Shown here in pieces: positions 1 through 13,000 of a DNA stretch of 64,000 nucleotides. The stretch is taken from positions 65,162,001-65,226,000 of the forward strand of contig JAGIQG010000008.1 of assembly GCA_024679065.1 (NCBI GenBank), given 5' to 3'. Positions within the stretch are counted from its first letter, which is position 1, and every line of letters begins with the position of its first letter. The notes beneath the pieces are model-generated. The model did not search any database and was not told the DNA's origin. It saw only the letters and a list, made by a program, of their open reading frames with translations. The position numbers were made by a program, and so were the translations under genes. This DNA is from Sphyrna mokarran (lineage: Eukaryota).

Positions 1-846
1 TGATGCCATAAGACCTTCGGAAGTTGACATCTTCCTGCTCTGCCCGTCTGAACTCATAATCCAGATTTTGCTTTCACATGCCAAAATTAGACAATGCCAA
101 GTCTTCACTCACAAGGTTCTGACATGGTTTTTGTCTCCTGTGCCCAGTGATGTTAAGCAAAGCGTCAGTGACTGACGCGAAGTAAGATCAAAGTTATTGT
201 GGTCAAACTCAGATTTGTAATTGTTTCATGGTCAATTTCCTGGTCACAATACATGACACAAATATAAATAAGACAAAAGGATCTCCTGAAATGTATTTTT
301 ATACCCTCTATTTTGCTACATTTATTTGAGTAAATATTGGTCCTGTGTGGCTGCATCCAACATTTCCATGTGTTTTTTTCAGAGAAGACGTATTAGACGC
401 AATATTGGTACAATGTTTCCTCTTTCTGGAGCTTCTTCGGTTTTGCTCACTTTGGTCTTCTGCAAGAATGGGTCAACACTGCAGCATCCATTTCGCTCTT
501 CACCTCTTCCCTTAAACCTGATTGCAATGTTCCATTTCCATTTACAAATCAAACACAAACACCAGCATGAAGAGTTCACAACATAACTCAAATTCTAGAA
601 TCATGAATGCGATAAGAACAAATGAAATACTCAGACTCTCATATTGCCAGTTATATTTCACATAAACATGACCATGAATTTGAATAAAAGTCTTTCTTCA
701 TTGTTCACATTCAGCACTTCTCACTGCACCTGTCTCTCAAAATATGCGATGCTGTCATTTTTGAGGTGAACTGTGGATAAATATAACATCTTCCTGAAGT
801 TTTCCGGAATGAAAACTAAATTCTTCAAATGCATTTTGTCTTACAG

Positions 847-1056
847 GGCAGGCTATAGTCACGTCAAGAAGATCAGGCCTCTGTAACTTCACTCTATGTA
901 CTAAGAGTTGTGACGTTTTGAAGTACACAGGAAAATGTCAAACTACTACAGCTCCCACCACTCCACTCGAAACGACAACAACAGTAACAGTAACTCCCAG
1001 CACTCCAGTATCAACAAGTTGCACCTGCACAGCCAATGGAGAAATATTATCACCAG
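847..1056 (+). CDS. Mucin repeat exon 1 (70 aa: Cys module C-half + PTS + Cys module N-half)
   Basis: ttttgtcttacag|GGCAGG...TCACCAG|gtaagt; 210 bp, phase 1-1, open frame. Confidence 0.92.
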
Positions 1057-4000
1057 GTAAGTGCATTAGATTCTGACAATCTGCTGCAATTATTCGTCAT
1101 GCTGTTAAACTGATCACACTGGCTGCAAAGATCCAGATCAATTATGAAGGCAAATCACCTCTCCTCTCCATTAGATTGTCCTACGCAATTTGGATGCTTG
1201 TCTTAAGCATTCTGTAGATGTTTGGAGAAATAATAGTAATAAAATCTCTCATCCCGGCATTTCCAAAATTGATCTGTCTGCTCTCTAAGCTTAAAAATGA
1301 AACGTTAAGAGCTTTAGGAAGTTGACACTTTCCTGCTTTGCCCGTCTGAACTCGTACTCCAGATTTTGCATTTACATGCCAAAAGGAGACAATGCCAAGT
1401 CTTCACTCACAAGGTTCTTCCATGGTTTTTGTCTCCTGTGCCCATTGATGTTAAGCAAAGCCTTTGTGACTGACGCAAAGTAAGGTCAAGTTATTGTGGT
1501 CAAACTCAGATTTGTAACTGTTTCATGGTCAATTTCCTGGTCACAATTCAAGACACAAATATAAATAAGACAAAAGGATCTCCTGAAATGTATTTTCATA
1601 CCTTCTCTTTTGCTACATTTATTTGAGTAAATATTGGTCCTTTGTGGCTGCATCCAACATTTCCATGTGTTTTTTTCAGAGAAGTCGTATTAGACGTAAT
1701 ATAGGTAGAATGTTTCCTCTGTCTGGAGCTTCTTCTGTTTTGCTCACTTTGGTGTTCTGTAAGAATGGGTCAACACTGCAGCATCCATTTCGATCTTCAG
1801 CTCTTCCCTTAAACCTGATTGCAATGTTCCATCTCCATTTAATCATCAAACACAAACACCAGCATGAAGAGTTCACAACATAACTCAAATACTACAATCA
1901 AGAATGCGATAAGAACAAATGAAATACTGAAATTCTCATATTGCCAGATATATTTCACAGAACCATGACCATGAATTTGAACTGAAGTCTTTCTGCATTG
2001 TTCACATCCAGCACTGTTCACAGCACCTTTCTCTCAAACTATGCAATACCATCATTTTTGTTGTGAACTGTGGATAAATATTTCAACTTCGTAAAGTTTT
2101 CAAGAGTGAGAACTACATTGTTCAAATGTATTTTGTCTTACAGGGCAGGCTGTAGTCACATCAAGTAGATCAGGCCTCTGTAACTTCACTCTATGTACTA
2201 AGAGTTGTGACGTTTTGAAGTACACGGGAAAATGTCAAACCACTACCGCTCCCACCACTCCACTCGAAACGACAACAACAGTAACAGTAACTCCCAGCAC
2301 TCCAGTATCAACAAGTTGCACCTGCACAGCCAATGGAGAAATATTATCACCAGGTAAGTGCATTAGATTCTGACAATCTGCTACAATCATTCGTCATGCT
2401 GTTGAACTGATCAAAACTGGCTGCAATGATCCAAATCAAATATGTATGCAAATCACCTCTTCTCTCCATTAGATTGTCCTACGCAATCTGGATGCTTGTC
2501 TTAAGCATTCTGTAGATGTTTGGAGAATTAGTAGTAATAAAATCTCTCATCCCGGCATTTCCAAAATTGATCCGTCTGCTCTCTAAGCTTAGAAATGACA
2601 CGTTAAGAGCTTTAGGGAGTTGACATCTTCATGCTTTGCCTGTCTGAACTCATAATCCAGATTTTGCATTCACATGCCAAAAGTAGACAATGCCAAGTCT
2701 TCACACACAAGATTCTTACATGGTTATTGACTCCTGTGCCATTGATGTTAAGCAAAGCATCGGTGACTGACGCAAAGTAATGTCAAAGTTATTGTGGTCG
2801 AACTCAGATTTGTAATTGATTCATGGTCAATTTCCTGGTCACAATGCATGACACAAATTTAAATAAGACAAAAGGATCCCCTGAAATGTATTTTTATACC
2901 CTCTCTTTTGCAACATTTATTTGAGTAAATATTGGTTCTTTGTGGCTGCATCCAACATTTCCATGTGTTTTTTTCTGAGAAGTCATAGTATACGTAATAT
3001 TGGTAGACTGTTTCCTCAGTCTGGAGCTTCTACTGTTTTGCTCACTTTGATGTTCTGCAAGAATGGGTCAACACTGCAGCATCCATTTCGCTCTTCACCT
3101 CTTCCCTTAAACCTGATTGCAAAGTTCCATTTCCATTTACACATCAAACACAAACACCAGCATGAAGAGTTCACAACATAACTCAAATTCTAGAATCATG
3201 AATGCGATAAGAACAAATGAAATACTCAGATTCTCACATTGCCAGTTACATTTCACATAACCATGACCATGAATTTGAATAGAAGTCTTTCTTCATTGTT
3301 CACATTCAGAACTTCTCACTGTACCTTTCTCTCAAAATATGCCATGCTGTCATTTTTGTGGTGAATTGTGGATAAATATAACATCTTCATGAAGTTTTCC
3401 AGAATGACAACTAAATTGTTCAAATGCATTTTGTCTTACAGGGCAGGTTATAGTCACGTCAAGAAGATCAGGCCTCTGTAACTTCACTCTATGTACTAAG
3501 AGTTGTGACGTTTTGAAGTACACGGGAAAATGTCAAACCACTACAGCTCCCACCACTCCACTCGAAACGACAACAACAGTAACAGTAACTCCCAGCACTC
3601 CAGTATCAACAAGTTGCACCTGCACAGCCAATGGAGAAATATTATCCCCAGGTAAGTGTATTAGATTCTGACAATCTGCTGCAATTATTCGTCATGCTAT
3701 TAAACTGATCACAACTGGCTGCAATGATCCAGATCAATTATGAAGGCAAATCACCTCTCCTCTCCATTAGATTGTCCTACGCAATCTGGATGCTTGACTT
3801 AAGCTTTCAGTAGATGGTTGGAGAAATAGTAGTAATAATATCTCTCATCCCTGCATTTCCAAAATTGAGCTGTCTGCTCTCTAAGCCTAAAAATGACACC
3901 ATAAGAGCCTTCGGAAGTTGACATCTTCCTGCTCTGCCTGTCTGAACTCATAATCCGGATTTTGCATTCACATGCCAAAATTAGACAGTGCCAAGTCTTC

Positions 4001-7000
4001 ACTCACAAGGTTCTTACATGCTTTTTGTCTCCTGTGCCCATTGATGTTAAGCAAAGCTTTTGTGACTGACGCAAAGTAAGGTCAAGTTATTGTGGTCAAA
4101 CTCAGATTTGTAACTGTTTCATGGTCAATTTCCTGGTCACAATTCAAGACACAAATATAAATAAGACAAAAGGATCTCCTGAAATGTATTTTTATACCCT
4201 CTCTTTTGCTACATTTATTTGAGTAAATATTGGTCCGTTGTGGCTGCATCCAACATTTCCATGTGTTTTTTTCAGAGAAGTCGTATTAGACGTAATATTG
4301 GTAGAATGTTTCCTCAGTCTGGACCTTCTTCTGTTTTGCTCACTTTGATGTTCTGCAAGAATGGGTCAACACTGCAGCATCCATTTCGCTCTTCACCTCT
4401 TCCCTTAAACCTGATTGCAAAGTTCCATTTCCATTTACACATCAAACACAAACACCAGCATGAAGAGTTCACAACATAACTCAAATTCTAGAATCATGAA
4501 TGCGATAAGAACAAATGAAATACTCAGATTCTCATATTGCCAGTTATATTTCACATAACCATGACCATGAATTTGAATAGAAGTCTTTCTTCATTGTTCA
4601 CATTCAGCACTTCTCACTGTACCTTTCTCTCAAAATATGCCATGCTGTCATTTTTGTGGTGAATTGTGGATAAATATAACATCTTCATGAAGTTTTCCAG
4701 AATGACAACTAAATTGTTCAAATGCATTTTGTCTTACAGGGCAGGCTACAGTCACGTCAAGAAGATCAGGCCTCTGTAACTTCACTCTATGTACTAAGAG
4801 TTGTGACGTTTTGAAGTACACGGGAAAATGTCAAACTACTACAGCTCCCACCACTCCACTCGAAACGACAACAACAGTAACAGTAACTCCCAGCACTCCA
4901 GTATCAACAAGTTGCACCTGCACAGCCAATGGAGAAATATTATCACCAGGTAAGTGCATTAGATTCTGACAATCTGCTGCAATTATTCGTCATGCTGTTA
5001 AACTGATCACAACTGGCTGCAATGATCCAGATCAATTATGAAGGCAAATCACCTCTCCTCTCCATTAGATTGTCCTACGCAATCTGGATGCTTGTCTTAA
5101 GCATTCTGTAGATGTTTGGAGAAATAGTAGTAATAAAATCTCTCATCCCGGCATTTCCAAAATTGATCTGTCTGCTCTCTAAGCTTAAAAATGACACCTT
5201 AAGAGCTTTAGGAAGTTGACATCTTCCTGCTCTGCCTGTCTGAACTCATAATCCAGATTTTGCATTTACATGCCAAAAGTAGACAATGCCAAGTCTTCAC
5301 TCACAAGGTTCTTACATGGTTTTTGTCTCCTGTGCCCATTGATGTTAAGCAAAGCCTTTGTGACTGACGCAAAGTAAGGTCAAGTTATTGTGGTCAAACT
5401 CAGATTTGTAACTGTTTCATGGTCAATTTCCTGGTCACAATTCAAGACACAAATATAAATAAGACAAAAGGATCTCCTGAAATGTATTTTTATACCTTCT
5501 CTTTTGCTACATTTATTTGAGTAAATATTGGTCCTTTGTGGCTGCATCCAACATTTCCATGTGTTTTTTTCAGAGAAGTCGTATTAGACGTAATATAGGT
5601 AGAATGTTTCCTCTGTCTGGAGCTTCTTCTGTTTTGCTCATTTTGGTGTTCTGTAAGAATGGGTCAACACTGCAGCATCCATTTCGATCTTCAGCTCTTC
5701 CCTTAAACCTGATTGCAATGTTCCATCTCCATTTAATCATCAAACACAAACACCAGCATGAAGAGTTCACAACATAACTCAAATACTACAATCAAGAATG
5801 CGATAAGAACAAATGAAATACTGAAATTCTCATTTTGCCAGATATATTTCACAGAACCATGACCATGAATTTGAACTGAAGTCTTTCTGCATTGTTCGCA
5901 TCCAGCACTGTTCACAGCACCTTTCTCTCAAACTATGCAATACCATCATTTTTGTTGTGAACTGTGGATAAATATTTCAACTTCGTAAAGTTTTCCAGAG
6001 TGAGAACTACATTGTTCAAATGCATTTTGTCTTACAGGGCAGGCTGTAGTCACATCAAGTAGATCAGGCCTCTGTAACTTCACTCTATGTACTAAGAGTT
6101 GTGACGTTTTGAAGTACACGGGAAAATGTCAAACCACTACCGCTCCCACCACTCCACTCGAAACAACAACAACAGTAACAGTAACTCCCAGCACTCCAGT
6201 ATCAACAAGTTGCACCTGCACAGCCAATGGAGAAATATTATCACCAGGTAAGTGCATTAGATTCTGACAATCTGCTACAATCATTTGTCATGCTGTTAAA
6301 CTGATCACAACTGGCTGCAATGATCCAAATCAAATATGTATGCAAATCACCTCTTCTCTCCATTAGATTGTCCTACGCAATCTGGATGCTTGTCTTAAGT
6401 ATTCTGTAGATGTTTGGAGAATTAGTAGTAATAAAATCTCTCATCCCGGCATTTCCAAAATTGATCTGTCTGCTCTCTAAGCTTAGAAATGACACGTTAA
6501 GAGCTTTAGGAAGTTGACATCTTCATGCTTTGCCTGTCTGAACTCATAATCCAGATTTTGCATTCACATGCCAAAAGTAGACAATGCCAAGTCTTCACAC
6601 AAAAGATTCTTACATGGTTATTGTCTCCTGTGCCATTGATGTTAAGCAAAGCATCGGTGACTGACGCAAAGTAATGTCAAAGTTATTGTGGTCGAACTCA
6701 GATTTGTAATTGTTTCATGGTCAATTTCCTGGTCACAATTCATGACACAAATTTAAATAAGACAAAAGGATCCCCTGAAATGTATTTTTATACCCTCTCT
6801 TTTGCCACATTTATTTGGGTAAATATTGGTTCTTTGTGGCTGCATCCAACATTTCCATGTGTTTTTTTCTGAGAAGTCATAGTATACGTAATATTGGTAG
6901 ACTGTATCCTCAGTCTGGAGCTTCTACTGTTTTGCTCACTTTGATGTTCTGCAAGAATGGGTCAACACTGCAGCATCCATTTCGCTCTTCACCTCTTCCC

Positions 7001-10000
7001 TTAAACCTGATTGCAAAGTTCCATTTCCATTTACACATCAAACACAAACACCAGCATGAAGAGTTCACAACATAACTCAAATTCTAGAATCATGAATGCG
7101 ATAAGAACAAATGAAATACTCAGATTCTCATATTGCCAGTTATATTTCACATAACCATGACCATGAATTTGAATAGAAGTCTTTCTTCATTGTTCACATT
7201 CAGCACTTCTCACTGTACCTTTCTCTCAAAATATGCCATGCTGTCATTTTTGTGGTGAATTGTGGGTAAATATAACATCTTCATGAAGTTTTCCAGAATG
7301 ACAACTAAATTGTTCAAATGCATTTTGTCTTACAGGGCAGGTTATAGTCACATCAAGAAGATCAGGCCTCTGTAACTTCACTCTATGTACTAAGAGTTGT
7401 GACGTTTTGAAGTACACGGGAAAATGTCAAACCACTACAGCTCCCACCACTCCACTCGAAACGACAACAACAGTAACAGTAACTCCCAGCACTCCAGTAT
7501 CAACAAGTTGCACCTGCACAGCCAATGGAGAAATATTATCACCAGGTAAGTGCATTAGATTCTGACAATCTGCTGCAATTATTCGTCATGCTGTTAAACT
7601 GATCACACTGGCTGCAAAGATCCAGATCAATTATGAAGGCAAATCACCTCTCCTCTCCATTAGATTGTCCTACGCAATCTGGATGCTTGTCTTAAGCATT
7701 CTGTAGATGTTTGGAGAAATAATAGTAATAAAATCTCTGATCCCGGCATTTCCAAAATTGATCTGTCTGCTCTCTAAGCTTAAAAATGAAACGTTAAGAG
7801 CTTTAGGAAGTTGACACTTTCCTGCTTTGCCCGTCTGAACTCATAATCCAGATTTTGCATTTACATGCCAAAAGGAGACAATGCCAAGTCTTCACACACA
7901 AGATTCTTACATGGTTTTTGTCTCCTGTGCCCATTGATGTTAAGCAAAGCGTCTGTGACTGACGCGAAGTAAGGTCAAAGTTATTGTGGTCGAACTCAGA
8001 TTTGTAATTGTTTCATGGTCAATTTCCTGGTCACAATTAATGACACAAAAATAAATAAGACAAAAGGATGTCCTGAAATGTATTTTTATACCCTCTCTTT
8101 TGGTACATTTATTTGAGTAAATATTGGTCCGTTGTGGCTGCATCCAACATTTCCATGTGTTTTTTTCAGAGAAGTCGTATTAGACATAATATTGGTAGAA
8201 TGTTTCCTCAGTCTGGACCTTCTTCTGTTTTGCTCACTTTGATCTTCTGCAAGAATGGGTCAACACTGCAGCATCCATTTCGCTCTTCACCTCTTCCCTT
8301 AAACCTGATTGCAAAGTTCCATTTCCATTTACACATCAAACACAAACACCAGCATGAAGAGTTCACAACATAACTCAAATTCTAGAATCATGAATGCGAT
8401 AAGAACAAATGAAATACTCAGATTCTCATATTGCCAGTTATATTTCACATAACCATCACCATGAATTTGAATAGAAGTCTTTCTTCATTGTTCACATTCA
8501 GCACTTCTCACTGCACCTTTCTCTCAAAATATGCCATGCTGTCATTTTAGTGGTGAACTGTGGATAAATATAACATCTTCATCAAGTTTTCCTGAGTGAC
8601 AACTAAATTGTTCAAATGCATTTTGTCTTACAGGGCAGGCTATAGTCACGTCAAGAAGATCAGGCCTCTGTAACTTCACTCTATGTACTAAGAGTTGTGA
8701 CGTTTTGAAGTACACGGGAAAATGTCAAACCACTACAGCTCCCACCACTCCACTCGAAACGACAACAACACTAACAGTAACTCCCAGCACTCCAGTATCA
8801 ACAAGTTGCACCTGCACAGCCAATGGAGAAATATTATCCCCAGGTAAGTGTATTAGATTCTGACAATCTGCTGCAATTATTCGTCATGCTATTAAACTGA
8901 TCACAACTGGCTGCAATGATCCAGATCAATTATGAAGGCAAATCACCTCTCCTCTCCATTAGATTGTCCTACGCAATCTGGATGCTTGACTTAAGCTTTC
9001 AGTAGATGGTTGGAGAAATAGTAGTAATAACATCTCTCATCCCTGCATTTCCAAAATTGATCTGTCTGCTCTCTAAGCCTAAAAATGACACCATAAGAGC
9101 CTTCGGAAGTTGACATCTTCCAGTTCTGCCTGTCTGAACTCATAATCCGGATGTTGCATTCACATGCCAAAATTAGACAATGCCAAGTCTTCACACACAA
9201 CGTTCTTACATGGTTTTTGTCCCCTGTGCCCATTGATGTTAAGCAAAGCGTCTGTGACTGACACAAAGTAAGGTCAAAGTTATTGTGGTCGAACTCAGAT
9301 ATGTAATTGTTTCACAGTCAATTTCCTGGTCACAATTCATGACACAAATACAAATAAGACAAAAGGATCTCCTGAAATGTATTTTTATACCCTCTCCTTT
9401 GCTAAATTTATTTCAGTAAATATTGGCCCTTTGTGGCTGCATCCAACATTTCCATGTGTTTTTTTCAGAGAAGTCGTATTAGACGTTATATTGGAAGAAT
9501 GTTTCCTCTGTCTGGAGCTTCTTATGTTTTGCTCACTTTGGTGTTCTGCAAGAATGGGTCAACACTGCAGCATCCATTTCACTCTTCAGCTCTTCCCTTA
9601 AACCTGATTGCAATGTTCCATCTCCATTTAATCATCAAACACAAACACCAGCATGGAGAGTTCACAACATAACTCAAATACTACAATCAAGAATGCGATA
9701 AGAACAAATGAAATACTGAAATTCTCATTTTGCCAGATATATTTCACAGAACCATGACCATGAATTTGAACTGAAGTCTTTCTGCATTGTTCACATCCAG
9801 CACTGTTCACAGCAGCTTTCTCTCAAAATATGCGATACTATCATTTTTGTGGTGAACTGTGGATTAATATTTCAACTTCGTAAAGTTTTCCAGAGTGAGA
9901 ACTACATTGTTCAAATGCATTTTGTCTTACAGGGCAGGCTGTAGTCACATCAAGTAGATCAGGCCTCTGTAACTTCACTCTATGTACTAAGAGTTGTGAC

Positions 10001-13000
10001 GTTTTGAAGTACACGGGAAAATGTCAAACCACTACCGCTCCCACCACTCCACTCGAAACGACAACAACAGTAACAGTAACTCCCAGCACTCCAGTATCAA
10101 CAAGTTGCACCTGCACAGCCAATGGAGAAATATTATCACCAGGTAAGTGCATTAGATTCTGACAATCTGCTGCAATTATTCGTCATGCTGTTAAACTGAT
10201 CACACTGGCTGCAAAGATCCAGATCAATTATGAAGGCAAATCACCTCTCCTCTCCATTAGATTGTCCTACGCAATCTGGATGCTTGTCTGAAGCATTCTG
10301 TAGATGTTTGGAGAAATAATAATAATAAAATCTCTCATCCCGGCATTTCCAAAATTGATCTGTCTGCTCTCTAAGCTTAAAAATGAAACGTTAAGAGCTT
10401 TAGGAAGTTGACACTTTCCTGCTTTGCCCGTCTGAACTCGTACTCCAGATTTTGCATTTACATGCCAAAAGGAGACAATGCCAAGTCTTCACTCACAAGG
10501 TTCTTCCATGGTTTTTGTCTCCTGTGCCCATTGATGTTAAGCAAAGCCTTTGTGACTGACGCAAAGTAAGGTCAAGTTATTGTGGTCAAACTCAGATTTG
10601 TAACTGTTTCATGGTCAATTTCCTGGTCACAATTCAAGACACAAATATAAATAAGACAAAAGGATCTCCTGAAATGTATTTTCATACCTTCTCTTTTGCT
10701 ACATTTACTTGAGTAAATATTGGTCCTTTGTGGCTGCATCCAACATTTCCATGTGTTTGTTTCAGAGAAGTCGTATTAGACGTAATATAGGCAGAATGTT
10801 TCCTCTGTCTGGAGCTTCTTCTGTTTTGCTCACTTTGGTGTTCTGTAAGAATGGGTCAACACTGCAGCATCCATTTCGATCTTCAGCTCTTCCCTTAAAC
10901 CTGATTGCAATGTTCCATCTCCATTTAATCATCAAACACAAACACCAGCATGAAGAGTTCACAACATAACTCAAATACTACAATCAAGAATGCGATAAGA
11001 ACAAATGAAATACTGAAATTCTCATACTGCCAGATATATTTCACAGAACCATGACCATGAATTTGAACTGAAGTCTTTCTGCATTGTTCACATCCAGCAC
11101 TGTTCACAGCACCTTTCTCTCAAACTATGCAATACCATCATTTTTGTTGTGAACTGTGGATAAATATTTCAACTTCGTAAAGTTTTCAAGAGTGAGAACT
11201 ACATTGTTCAAATGTATTTTGTCTTACAGGGCAGGCTGTAGTCACATCAAGTAGATCAGGCCTCTGTAACTTCACTCTATGTACTAAGAGTTGTGACGTT
11301 TTGAAGTACACGGGAAAATGTCAAACCACTACCGCTCCCACCACTCCACTCGAAACGACAACAACAGTAACAGTAACTCCCAGCACTCCAGTATCAACAA
11401 GTTGCACCTGCACAGCCAATGGAGAAATATTATCACCAGGTAAGTGCATTAGATTCTGACAATCTGCTACAATCATTCGTCATGCTGTTAAACTGATCAC
11501 AACTGGCTGCAATGATCCAAATCAAATATGTATGCAAATCACCTCTTCTCTACATTAGATTGTCCTACGCAATCTGGATGCTTGTTTAAGCATTCTGTAG
11601 ATGTTTGGAGAATTAGTAGTAATAAAATCTCTCATCCCGGCATTTCCAAAATTGATCCGTCTGCTCTCTAAGCTTAGAAATGACACGTTAAGAGCTTTAG
11701 GAAGTTGACATCTTCATGCTTTGCCTGTCTGAACTCATAATCCAGATTTTGCATTCACATGCCAAAAGTAGACAATGCCAAGTCTTCACACACAAGATTC
11801 TTACATGGTTATTGACTCCTGTGCCATTGATGTTAAGCAAAGCGTCGGTGACTGACGCAAAGTAATGTCAAAGTTATTGTGGTCGAACTCAGATTTGTAA
11901 TTGTTTCATGCTCAATTTCCTGGTCACAATTCATGACACAAATTTAAATAGGACAAAAGGATCCCCTGAAATGTATTTTTATACCCTCTCTTTTGCAACA
12001 TTTATTTGAGTAAATATTGGTCCTTTGTGGCTGCATCCAACATTTCCATGTGTTTTTTTCAGAGAAGTCATAGTATACGTAATATTGGTAGACTGTTTCC
12101 TCAGTCTGGAGCTTCTACTGTTTTGCTCACTTTGATGTTCTGCAAGAATGGGTCAACACTGCAGCATCCATTTCGCTCTTCACCTCTTCCCCTAAACCTG
12201 ATTGCAAAGTTCCATTTCCATTTACACATCAAACACAAACACCAGCATGAAGAGTTCACAACATAACTCAAATTCTAGAATCATGAATGCGATACGAACA
12301 AATGAAATACTCAGATTCTCATATTGCCAGTTATATTTCACATAACCATGACCATGAATTTGAATAGAAGTCTTTCTTCATTTTTCACATTCAGAACTTC
12401 TCACTGTACCTTTCTCTCAAAATATGCCATGCTGTCATTTTTGTGGTGAATTGTGGATAAATATAACATCTTCATGAAGTTTTCCAGAATGACAACTAAA
12501 TTGTTCAAATGCATTTTGTCTTACAGGGCAGGCTACAGTCACGTCAAGAAGATCAGGCCTCTGTAACTTCACTCTATGTACTAAGAGTTGTGACGTTTTG
12601 AAGTACACGGGAAAATGTCAAACCACTACCACTCCCACCACTCCGCTCGAAACGACAACAACAGTAACAGTAACTCCCAGCACTCCAGTATCAACAAGTT
12701 GCACCTGCACAGCCAATGGAGAAATATTATCACCAGGTAAGTGCATTAGATTCTGACAATCTGCTACAATCATTCGTCATGCTGTTAAACTGATCACAAC
12801 TGGCTGCAATGATCCAAATCAAATATGTATGCAAATCACCTCTTCTCTACATTAGATTGTCCTACGCAATCTGGATGCTTGTCTTAAGCATTCTGTAGAT
12901 GTTTGGAGAATTAGTAGTAATAATATCTCTCATCCCTGCATTTCCAAAATTGAGCTGTCTGCTCTCTAAGCCTAAAAATGACACCATAAGAGCCTTCGGA

